A stretch of DNA of 63,718 nucleotides, counting the filler, from Licmophora abbreviata (Eukaryota): NCBI GenBank assembly GCA_900291995.1. It is 16 parts of 16 records of this genome, joined end to end, with 100 filler letters (N's around TTAATTAATTAA, not from the genome) between each part and the next. Parts side by side here need not be neighbours in the genome. Positions count along the whole stretch, not along the records: positions 6,984 to 21,345 come from OLMU01003313.1; positions 21,446 to 25,563 come from OLMU01003314.1; 14 more parts are not named here. The stretch is one strand, 5' to 3'. Shown piece after piece: positions 11,526 to 21,817 of the stretch. Every line of letters starts with the position of its first letter. Positions within the stretch are counted from its first letter, which is position 1. The position numbers and the translations under genes were made by a program. The notes below the pieces were generated by a model. It searched no databases. It saw only the letters and a program-made list of their open reading frames with translations, and was not told the origin of the DNA.

Positions 11526-12110
11526 ATGCGCTCCTATTCGCCCATCGCTGCCCTGCTCCTCTTCCTCTCGGCTCTTGTGTCTTCTCAAGAGATCACAGGC
11601 AAGATCGTGTCTTGCTCTGGCTGAGCCTTGAATCGACTTCCGGAGCTCAAGTCCTTCTTGAAGGACTACGAGGCGGAGTCGTATCGCGGTGTCGAGGTGG
11701 AGTACATCCATGGACGCACTGCCAAATTAAGCATCCTGCATGATGGTGAATTCGCGGAGGAAATTCTATTGTCAGATTACAAAACAAAGGAAGAAATGCA
11801 CCAGTTGATGCTGGAAAAGGGCTTTGTCAAGAAGAACGAACAGGAACTGGCAGCGCTCGAGCAGAAGAAGATCGATGATGCCACGGCCGAAATGGAACGC
11901 AAAAAGGAGCAAAAGAGGAAACAGGAAGAGCGACGTAAGCAGCGAGAAAATAGAGATGACATCAAGCATGAGAGGCTCGAGAAAATGCGAGAAATCAAGG
12001 GGCTAAATGTTGATAGCAAGCTCAAGTACTTCAAGAGCGTCAAGGAGGGAGACGAAGATGGCGAAACGAAGGAAGAGGAACAAGAAACGGTCGAAGAAAA
12101 GGAGCTTTAG
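11526..12110 (+). CDS. SELENOM: Selenoprotein M-like (Sep15/SelM family) with in-frame UGA (Sec) at codon 33
   Basis: Signal peptide MRSYSPIAALLLFLSALVSS; SCSG-TGA(11622-11624)-ALNRLPELKSFL matches the SelM CxxU-xLNRL motif; C-terminal EKEL ER-retention-like signal. Confidence 0.88.
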
Positions 12111-12147
12111 AAATGAAACTCTGCAGGAAGCCCACGCCGAACGATAC

Positions 12148-12226
12148 GCATCATGGTTAGCCAGAATGACGCTGCAGGTCTGATGATGCTTGTTCTCAGA
12201 TCTTTTGCCGACGTGTGCTATGATAC
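12148..12226 (+). promoter_or_regulatory. Candidate SECIS element in the selenoprotein 3' UTR
   Basis: AUGAC (12166) / CGAC (12209) core; helix II GCUGCAGGUCUGA/UCAGAUCUUUUGC; helix I AUCAUGGU/GCUAUGAU; apical AA is absent. Confidence 0.4.
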
Positions 12227-12626
12227 AGGTTCGATCTTTTCGGCTTGGGTTCCTTGACAGATTCTCCACCAAAAGCCCCCACGACGCTCACTTTTGATAC
12301 GAAGTGGCGGAGCGTCGGGATGAACTCGTGGAAGTGAACGGTGAATGACGCAAGGGATTGTAGGGCAAATCGTTCGTAAAGATGCGATCCTTGCCTGGAG
12401 TCTCTCGCTGACCAACCGAAGTCATGGTACGACGAAGTTCGTCTCGCGTGTCGATTCGTAATTAGTCTAAAACCTACGGGTATGACAGTCACTCATTTTG
12501 TCGATCGAGTTCTATGCTCCATTTCTACTTCTTCTTCTTCTTCTCTCTACACATTCATTCCATACACGCGGGCGAGACTAGCCGTCTCATACAAACCACA
12601 GCCACAGTTGTCACTGTACAGTACTG

Positions 12627-14885
12627 TTAGCTGGAGTACGTCCCCTGTTCGACTCGTCTCCAGACTGCAAAGTGCTCCTTGGTGTCCTCTGAGGAGTCCA
12701 CTGACCGACTTGGCCTTTTCTTGGGAGGAGATGCCCGTGTAATCAGCAGGACCGAGTCCACTGAAACAATCTGTTGAGGGGCTGCTTGACCCACGTTGCT
12801 ACCACCCATGAACAGACCCGTGAGCATACCGCCCTTGGTTTCGACACTCGTTCGCGTCACGATTCGTCTGTCTTCTGAAAACTCTAAGTCGCCTCTCTGC
12901 GACACTGTAAGAAATCCTGCGGGACCTGAACTCTGAAACGACATGCAGTCGGTATCGACAGACTGCCATGCCAAGGTCGAGTTGAAGTACTTGACTCCGT
13001 CGCCCCGCTTGTCGGCCAGCAGCTGTAATCTCCATTCGCCATTGAGATTCTCAATCATATCAGATGGACTTGATAGATGAAACTCATCCATGCCAACCGC
13101 AATTGATTCCACCGGTTCGGGTTCTGAAGCAACGATCGGTCGACCGTCCATGACTGCCACAGGTTCTTTCGTCGGCGCAGCTCGTTTCAATTCTGCTTCC
13201 AGTGCGTCGTCAAAATGCCGAGCTAGAGATCGAAGTGCCTGGACTATCTTCAGTCGCTCCACCTCTCCAGACCCAGTCGCTTTCAACAGAATCTGACGAG
13301 CCTCACGATTTCCCCGTACGACACTCTCTGTCAGCCTTCGATAGAAACCTCCCTCCAGATCGACGTAAGCTGTCTGATAAACATCGTCAAAGTTTGACGC
13401 AATATTCGCAAGTCCTGTAGTGTCAATGAATGTATTGCGAATTTTCTTACGAGAGAACTCCGAGCTCCTTGCCTCCTCCCGCATAAACTGCATCGCTTCA
13501 ATACCGTATAAGAGTCGTTTGGCGTTCTGTTTGATTTCTTCGATGCGACATTTCGTGAGAGTAGTGTAGACTGTAACGGCTTCTTGCGTTCGTCCTTCAG
13601 CTTCATACGCCATGGCCAGCTCCAGAAAAACCTTGCCGCCCACTTTGGAATTCGTGGAGCACCACTTGGTAACTTTTTCCAGTGTCGTCACAGCTTGCCC
13701 GTACATGCCGCGCTGTGTAAGGAGAGCGAGCACGTGACGAATGCATAGATGAGAAATGAGTCCCAAGCCCGCTCTCGCAATTCAAACCTCGAAACGCGCA
13801 CATGCCATACATACCTGCATGGCATACCCCGCCACGATTAGGGCCCTATCAATCTCTTCCGCGTTGTCCTTCTCACTCTGCACTTCGATTCCTACTTTCT
13901 CCCTGTACTCTCGCAGACGTTTCCGCGTATCTTCAGCACTTTTTAACAGGGCAGTCTTGTCAATCCCCGCCCCGACACGACGTCCACCGCCATATGCTTT
14001 TGAAATATCCTTGGGTCGCTCAAATGCACCCCACGAGCCAGATTTCGGTTTGTAGGTTTCGACCTTTTTCGTGTCATCCTTGGCCCACGTGCCTCCGATG
14101 CCAGTCGTCGTCTGCTTGGGAGTCACCGATGAAGATGAGAGACTCGCCTCGTTGGAAGTCTTGGCTTCCTCTCGTAGTTGTCGTTCCTCTTCAGCACGCT
14201 TCATTTCTTTCTTCTGCCGCAGCTTCTTTGCCACCAGTTCAATGAGCTCTTCTTCCGACAGCGAGGGCTCATCTTCGCCATCGTCATCATCCTCTACGCC
14301 ATTGTCAAATAAAGATGGGTCCAAGACGTTGAATTCCGTCGTTTCAAACGAAGAAACAGGCCGGTCATAGGTAGAACTGTCGTCGTTCGTCGTAGAAGTA
14401 CCCTGCTTTGGCAACGACCCAAGCTGCCCCGGCCTTCGACTACTATTACCGATAGCAGTCGTTTCGTCGTCGTCGTCATCGTCGTCAGCTCCAAACCACT
14501 TTCTCTTCTTTCCCAGCTTATCTTTGATTTGATCACTATAATCATTCGCCGCCTTGCTCTGTCGCAGCCGTTGTCGCTGTTGCTTGATTTTGTCCAATGT
14601 AACGTCGCCGCTCGTCGTAGAGGAGTCTTCCTCATCGTCGTCATCTTGTTGTTGCTTTTTGAGTTTTCCAGCCCGTTTCAATCGCATAATCTTTCGTCGA
14701 ATTTCATTTTCTCGTCCAGGATCAACCACCATGTGGAGGGAAGGAGCGAGTCGGGCAGTACGGGTAGTAGAAACGGATGGTGAGAGGGCATAGCGTATTT
14801 TTGTTGTTGCCGTGTGGGGTTTCCCAGTCAGGCCGTAGACCGCCGAGGCACCAAGAAGGAGGAGCAGGCTTGTATGAGGTAGCAT
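12627..14885 (-). CDS. Plastid-targeted TPR-like protein with a C-terminal fibrillin/PAP-like region (intron 13814-13713)
   Basis: Signal plus transit peptide; [25 protein letters not shown] motif resembling plant chloroplast TPR proteins; TPR-like helices; [10 protein letters not shown]; phase-0 GT-AG intron. Confidence 0.7.
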
Positions 14886-15503
14886 TGCTTCCTTCAAAGG
14901 GCAACAGCTGTCCCGGAAACGAGCGAGTCAGTGAAGCGTCGGAGCAAGTATTGCCAATGCCCTCTCAGAGCGGAGTGAGAAACTTTGGTACTTTCCAAAA
15001 TTCAAAATTCAGAATTGAAACAAGTCTGGCAAGGAAGTGCTCTCTTTGTATCAGTAGTTGGGTTGTCGAGCAATGACAGTAGAGCTGCGAATCCCGTTCT
15101 GCGCCTCTATTTCGTGTCAGAACATTGACTTCACCATCTCTCACACACTGTGTCAGTCACAGCGCATGCTTGGACGCGTCTCGCCGTTCGTCCAGAGAAG
15201 ACCGAACTTGATGAGAATGTGTGTGGTGACGTGTCGCTTCAACACCATCTGTGGTTTTTGCGGCGCGCGCTTTTTCGAAGGGTCTGTCTGTCCATCCGAC
15301 GAGTAGTCTGTCCGTCGCCAGACGTACGTGAGAGCCACTCAACTCTCAAAACTGAAAACTTGAGACAAAGTTCGAAAAAGGATCGGCGGGAAAACGAAAA
15401 GCCGTCATCAGAAAAAAAGCATGACTGTCGCTCGTCTTGTTGTTATTGTTGTTGTAACCTGCCCTACACTGCTATCTACTCAAGTGGAACGAACGACACC
15501 ACT

Positions 15504-18500
15504 ATGCCCCGCAGCAAACAGAGAAGGAAGCGTTCCTCGCAGTCACACAACAAAAATGATTTGCCCTGGAAGAAGCTAGACGTCGGGCTCGGTGGCCGCA
15601 GTAACGATAACGATGGCGACGACAAGCATGTCGCCTCCTCTTTCATGATGGCGAAGAATCACTACGACGACAATGACGACAAGACGTTCAATGCACAAAT
15701 GGACCTTGAGGCGTTGCCGCAGGAGGACATGGCCATGTTTGTCGGACTCGAAGTTCTCGATCCTTGTGACTATCAAGTCAGTAGCGAGGGAAAGTTGGTA
15801 GTCATGAAGGAGCGCGAGGAAGCTTCGGGCGCCAAAAACGAACAGGAAGCCTCTACAAGTGAAACAAGAAAAGGCCAAAAGAAAAGACAGGTCGACGAAC
15901 ACTCGAAGGAAGAAGAAGGAAAGATCGGCCCGCCTGCCAAGAAAGCGAAAAAGGACAAGAAGAAACAGAGTAAGAAGAACAAGGATGCTGATACAAACGA
16001 ACCAATATCCTGTCAGAGTGACACACAGCAACAAGAAGAACTTCAATCGCTGCAGTTGTCATGGATGACGGCCACTGGTGGAGTCGTCTTGCACCAAGAC
16101 ATCTGTCGCGCCCTGCTCGCGCAGTCCTTTTGGACACCGACGCCGATTCAGCTTTATTCTTTGGCACCGGCAATACTAGGACGCCGCAATATTGTCGGAG
16201 CAGCGCCGACGGGATCGGGAAAGACTCTGGCGTACCTATTGCCGATCCTAGAGTACCTTATGGAACTGCAGTCGAAAGAGGAGCAAGCACCCAGCGAGAG
16301 GACAGCAAAACTGCCGCTGCAGGCAATTATACTCACACCCACAAGGGAACTGGCCTTGCAAGTGAGTCGGGAGTGTCAGAAACTTCATTCCTCAAGTAAC
16401 ATCTGCGGTGTCATTGTCGGAGGCCTCGCACGCGTCAAGCAGACACGGGTGCTGGAGCAGCGACGACCGCCCATCTTGGTGGCGACGCCTGGGCGACTGT
16501 GGGAGTTGGTACGTAGGGATCGCAGTGCACTCTGTCGCATTTTCCGTTGTCAATGTCGAAACGATATCGCTTTCTAGACATCCGTTTGATTTCAAGATGA
16601 AACGATAACGATTGCACGTCAGTCGGAGACAACGATTGATATAATATGCTGCATCGCTTTGGAATTGTCGGTGGTACGGATTCTCAAAGAGCGTCTCTCT
16701 ATTCTCTTTTACAGATGGCGACGATGGAATATGATCACTTGACAGACTTATCACAACTTCGATATCTGGTCATTGACGAGGCTGATCGAATGCTTCAGCA
16801 AGGGAGCTTTCGCGAACTCGTACGGATATTCGATGCAATTCATCGTGCGAATCCCATGGACGACGACGACGACGACGATGAAGACGAAAAAGAAGCGAGG
16901 AGTGTTGATGAAGACGGCATGGGAGCTGGTGATCGACTACTCGGTCTCCCAGGAGTCCCCGGCGAAGCCAAGGTGCAGATGCTGGATGATGTTCTCAAGC
17001 TGATGAAGCACCAGCGCAGAGAGGCCAACGAAGAGCCAGAACCCGTGGAAATGGACGATGCCGAATACGAAGAGCTACAGCGCGAACAACAAGAAGCAAT
17101 GTTAAGCGACGACGAAGGAGACGAGCTCTCCTTGCCAGCAGCTTCCTCGGTCAAACGGCAGACATTTGTTTTCTCGGCTACTCTGACCCTCCCTCCATCA
17201 GCATCGTACGTTGCACAGTGTAAGATCACGAAGAAAACGAAAGGAGGAAAAAAAGCACTGACGGTCGAAGGAGCGATTGCAGAATTGCTTGACAAGTCGA
17301 GGGCACATGGTCCAACAAAGATCGTTGATCTGACATCCAGCAAGAAAGACTCCAATTCAACGTTAGATAGACCAGCACAGGGCGCATCTGCTGTGGCTAG
17401 AGTTTCGTCTTCGCCACGCCTGCCCGACGGACTGTCTCTGTACAAGATTGAGTGCACGAAGCATCACAAGGACTCGCATTTGTATGCCTACCTCGTTACG
17501 ACCGCGCAAGGAGCCTCAGGGCCCTGTCTTGTGTTCTGCAATTCGATTGCCGCAGTGCATCGTGTGAGTGCCACTCTCAGAACATTGCGACTACCGGTCC
17601 GTGCCCTGCATGCCAACATGCCACAGGTAAGATTTGATTAGCTACCAAAGCGGCGAGAATATCAGCTATGAGGAAGCATTTGATTACCCGAAGCTCGCGA
17701 AGACTTGCATCGGAGCTAGTCAAAACGCCTAGCTTTCGTCTCGTTCTGTGAGCGTTAAAATATGGGGGTCATGTGAACAATCTCTGAGCCATATACCAGC
17801 CTTGTTGTGTGGAGCGTACATGCGCGTAACCCGCTTTTGGTCTCAATCCTTGTTTCGTCCCATCGCTCGTTTGAGCAGAAAGCACGCTTCAAGGCCGTCG
17901 AGAGTCTCCGAGATTCGAAAAGTCGTGCCATAGTTGTGGCGACTGATGTTGCGGCACGTGGTCTGGACATACCCTCTGTCGCGACTGTGGTGCATTACGA
18001 CGTGGCACGACAAGTTGACACGTTCATTCATAGGGCAGGAAGAACAGCGGTGAGTTCTATATCTTGAAATACAAGGGCGGTATCGGACGCGACAATGACG
18101 AAAAATCACAGGTATCGGACTAGAGTCTCCAACCATTCAGGGGTAGTAGCCTGAATCTGAGGAAAATACTTTTCCCTTGGCTGTCTGAGTCGCCACGGCA
18201 GTCATTATTTTAATTCCTTGCGAGTAATGCACCAGACTAACCGCACAATATTGCTTTCTCCCCCTTTTAGCGTGGCGTTGGTGAAAATGCGGTTGGAGCG
18301 AGTCTGTCGCTAGTATCATCCGACGAGGATAAAGCTCATGACAAGGTTTGCGATGCTCTGGACTCCAGAAAACTCTTTCAAGCTGTCGCAATCGACGGAC
18401 GCCTGCTTTCCGCGGCACAGGAACGCACCAATTTGGGATCGAAGATTGTGGCCTGCGACGAAGTCGAAAGCAGGGTACGACGACTGTTGATGTGTGCTTC

Positions 18501-18861
18501 CGTTTTTCTCTCTCGCGCACAGCTTGTCCTCACACTTTGAGCTGCTCTCGACCTTCCACAGACGAAGAAGAAGAATGATTGGTTTCAACACGCCGCTGAG
18601 GAAGCAGGTCTGGACTTGGACGAAGATTTGATCGACGAGGGACTCGCAGGTGGCGATCGTCGGGAACAGCAACAGCTCCAGGAAGCTCAGCGGGCCAAGA
18701 CAAGGCTGCGTGAGCTCCTTGCACAACCGATGCAAACTCAACGGTTCGGCAAGTTCTTGTCAAGCAATACGGCCGCGTCTGCACTTGAGACGGCGCCGTA
18801 CGTCGTCCCCACCACTCACCCCAGAAAGAAGAAGAGAAAGAAGATTGGTAAGAGGAAGTGA
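15504..18861 (+). CDS. DDX24: DEAD-box RNA helicase DDX24/MAK5 (5 exons)
   Basis: [48 protein letters not shown]; introns 16509-16714, 17627-17878, 18050-18270, 18475-18561 all splice in frame; N-terminal basic/acidic extension and C-terminal tail as in MAK5. Confidence 0.9.
16545..16634 (+). ncRNA. Intronic box C/D snoRNA, snR72/snoR72Y-like
   Basis: Terminal stem CGTTGTC/GACAACG; C-like box ATGTCGA; D-like box CGGA; guide TTGCACGTCAG complementary to the conserved LSU rRNA sequence CUGACGUGCAA. Confidence 0.72.
17664..17717 (+). ncRNA. Candidate compact intronic box C/D snoRNA
   Basis: Stem AGC/GCT; C ATGAGGA; D' CCGA; C' GCGAAGA; D-like CGGA; GCATTTGATTAC pairs imperfectly with LSU GUAGCCAAAUGC. 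Confidence 0.4.
18089..18193 (+). ncRNA. Intronic double-guide box C/D snoRNA, snoR37-like (SNORD52/snR78 plus SNORD53 targets)
   Basis: Stem GCGAC/GTCGC; C ATGACGA; D' CCAA; C' TGAGGA; D CTGA; guides TCGGACTAGAGTC (vs LSU GACUCUAGUCCGA) and TTCCCTTGGCTGT (vs LSU ACAGCCAAGGGAA). Confidence 0.85.
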
Positions 18862-18908
18862 TCTCTTGGTGAGTAACTTTGAATATGTGCTCTTGTGATT
18901 CTATTTAG

Positions 18909-19006
18909 GGACGGTGAAGAAGTCCATATGTTTTCGGACTAGAGTCTCCGACCATTCAGGGGTAGTAGCTTGAATCTGTGGATAAACATCGGTTGTGGCT
19001 GAGTCC
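18909..19006 (+). ncRNA. Box C/D snoRNA, paralog of the intron-3 snoRNA, downstream of the DDX24 stop
   Basis: Stem GGAC/GTCC; C GTGAAGA; D' CCGA; D CTGA; same TCGGACTAGAGTC guide and same internal hairpin. Confidence 0.8.
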
Positions 19007-19283
19007 ATTTTCATCACTCGCTCGAAGCCCCTTCGACAGATCACTGTAACCTTACTCTTTGCCTTGTTCTCCACTTCGGCATAGGGGTACGACGACGAGC
19101 GTAAGGGGCTCACACAGCTTATGTTAGCTATTTGAGTCTCGATCACGGTGATTATTTACTCTGGCCTGGAAATGCCCGGTTTGATATAACTTGTCACCCT
19201 GCATTCCTCTTCAACAAGCGGAAGAGGCGACTTTTTTCACCGTGAGACCTGAACGACAAGCCTTGTCTGCGGTGATGCACCAC

Positions 19284-20882
19284 TTAGCCTTCAAGCTTTG
19301 TCCTGGTGTGCCTTGACGTCGGCCTGGGTGTCGGCTTCACCGTCGTCACGACGATCGGGTCGTCCGCCTCTCCAACGAATCGGTCCATGAAGTGCATTCT
19401 GTTGGTGTGCTCGTTTACCACAAGACCCTCAAATCCATCCGACTGCCAGGTGTCTCGATTGACGTCAGCTCTCCGATAGTGTGCGAGGAGTCCCTCTTCT
19501 TCATCATTCAAACGATACGTCTTTGGCTGACTTCCATCCCACGTCACAAGAGGATAGTGGACGAAAAAGCTCCAGATACGCGTCGGCCGGAAAATAAGCT
19601 TCACGTCCGCGTAGTGAATTCCTGTCCAGCATCGCCATTTCGACATGATGGTTTGATTCGCCTGGACATATGCGCCGTTGCACGGAGCCATGATTGATGG
19701 TTTGAACTCCACCGCGTCGTACTTATCGTCGACAGACCGAACAAAATCCAGCACTGTCGAGTTAAATGATATAAAGAACTCGTCCACGTCCATATGCGCA
19801 AAGTACTCAGTCAAATGACCGTATCGATGCAATACGCTCAAGCTGGAAGCATGCTGCCCCCGTGCGTCGGAGTAGCCTTCCCATCCATCGATATCGCGTA
19901 GGCAATCCTTGAGTGGGAACCAGACGAATGTGACCAAACCGCTGTCCATGTATGGCTGAAGGATCTCTCGCAGAGGCTCCGGGTCTTCGTCATTGACAGC
20001 AAAAATGAAGTGATCCGCCCCTTGCCCCTCGTGGTAGGAGATCCACTCGCCCAGCAACTGCTTGTAAGGGAGCACTGTGCTCTCAAAATTGTCCTCTCTG
20101 ATTCCGTACTTGGACTTGATTCTCGTAAAGACAGTGAGATTTTGCTGCTGAACATTCGTCGTCGTGTTGTGGATAGCATTGCAGATTGGGAGCTGCTCCA
20201 GCATGGGAGTGTCGCGAATGTCCATGCTCGGAAATGGTCTGATATTTTGCACACCCATGGGCTTTGCTTCTAAATTCTCAATGGCGTGCAAGTCCACATG
20301 GAGCGTTGTAGTGCTCTGTGATTCTGCTACTAGATGCTGGTACTGTTCGGGGATACGACAGCGTATGACATCGCCGTTGGCATGACCCGGTGCCGCGTGG
20401 ATGAACTCTGTAAAGACATGACTTGATTCATCAAACGAACAGACAAAGCGATGTGCTCTGCCATCCTCGGCATCAAACCTGTCTGCCTCTCTCCATTCTT
20501 GAAGACATGCACCACGATTCACTGCTACAAAGTAGACCCACTGGGCGTCATGCGATGCAAACACGTCGGCCAGAAAAGGCAAGCCGGAGTTGTGATCGGG
20601 CCAGGGATAGTCGCGGTAGCCGCACGGAGACGAGTCAGCAGGGATGCCCCGCTTCCAGCTACCGACTTCTGTGACATCTCGTGGGTCTTCGGGTAATCTG
20701 AACATGGTGAAGCACAACGTGAAGACTGCAATGCAAGCCAAGATAGTGACTGCAATCAATTTGGGACTCTTGGTCGCCCACGGGCCGGGTCTTTCGGCTT
20801 GCGAGCGGATTTGGTAGCCCCCGTCCGCGTTCTCTTCGTCCGAGCTGAAGCTTTCGTCCATTGGGAAGTTTCCCGCCGTCAT
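19284..20882 (-). CDS. Glycosyltransferase family 92-like type II membrane protein
   Basis: N-terminal TM; EWISYHEGQGADHFIF and HMDVDEF (DxD) motifs. Confidence 0.75.
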   Translation of the reverse strand: MTAGNFPMDESFSSDEENADGGYQIRSQAERPGPWATKSPKLIAVTILACIAVFTLCFTMFRLPEDPRDVTEVGSWKRGIPADSSPCGYRDYPWPDHNSGLPFLADVFASHDAQWVYFVAVNRGACLQEWREADRFDAEDGRAHRFVCSFDESSHVFTEFIHAAPGHANGDVIRCRIPEQYQHLVAESQSTTTLHVDLHAIENLEAKPMGVQNIRPFPSMDIRDTPMLEQLPICNAIHNTTTNVQQQNLTVFTRIKSKYGIREDNFESTVLPYKQLLGEWISYHEGQGADHFIFAVNDEDPEPLREILQPYMDSGLVTFVWFPLKDCLRDIDGWEGYSDARGQHASSLSVLHRYGHLTEYFAHMDVDEFFISFNSTVLDFVRSVDDKYDAVEFKPSIMAPCNGAYVQANQTIMSKWRCWTGIHYADVKLIFRPTRIWSFFVHYPLVTWDGSQPKTYRLNDEEEGLLAHYRRADVNRDTWQSDGFEGLVVNEHTNRMHFMDRFVGEADDPIVVTTVKPTPRPTSRHTRTKLEG

Positions 20883-21817
20883 GATACGACTGTGTTGCTG
20901 TTCTGATGGAGTGCGTTGACGATGACTCGATGTTTGATGGCGGAACAGCGCTGTGGCACCGACATAAATGTGAGTACGGGAAAGAATTTTTCAATTTTCA
21001 AGACTTTTTTGTTTGCGCGGGAGAAAAAGTATGCATCCCGGTCCACCGAGCCAACGCTTATTTAACCGTCTCATTTTACAAGTTTGTGTACTTACGAGTA
21101 TACAAACTCCATCCGCCCCCGCCACCACCTGGTGTTATCTTCAATGCATAAACAGCGAATGAGCATACAAACGGTAGGGTTTCACATGGACAGTGAATGG
21201 AATCCTCTATGCTAGATACCAGAAGGACCGGAGGGTTGATTGATACCCGCAGTCCTTAGGGTTGCGCAGCTGCAGGGGTTAGTTTGGTATCTCCCCTGTA
21301 GAATCCTAAAAAGCCGTTCATGGAGCGTTGGCTGCGTACTGTAGGNNNNNNNNNNNNNNNNNNNNNNNNNNNNNNNNNNNNNNNNNNNNTTAATTAATTA
21401 ANNNNNNNNNNNNNNNNNNNNNNNNNNNNNNNNNNNNNNNNNNNNAGGCCAGTCGAGGGAACACGGACTAGCCGAAACGGGACCCTTCGAAGGGCCGACA
21501 AGGGAGAACGGACAACCGACGAGGACAGACGGGTGTGCTCGGCGCACCATCACGGGTTCAAGGTGCAGTTCGAGGTTATCTGGTATCATACTCTTTGGAA
21601 CTTGGTACCGGTACTAGGATCAGGGACACTGATACCGGTAGACTTGACCTTTTCTTGCGAACGGGATCATGCGGCAGAGAGGTGATATGTTTATGGTGTG
21701 TTGCTACGGGACCGACTCGTATTGCGCCGTGGCGATCGGCGGCGCACAGGTGAAAGAATACAAACGGCAAGCAACAAAACTTTCCGTGTGTCCCTTGATA
21801 TATTAGTATAAATCAAT

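Noticed and set aside
12113..12185. SECIS using ATGA just after the stop codon with a CTGCAG/CTGCAG helix
   Set aside because: The apical region of about 45 nt is too long and the element sits immediately after the stop; weaker than the other candidates
19019..19112. RNase MRP/P RNA (GAAGCCCC...GGGGCTCA resembling P4)
   Set aside because: No room for P3, no P1, and much too short
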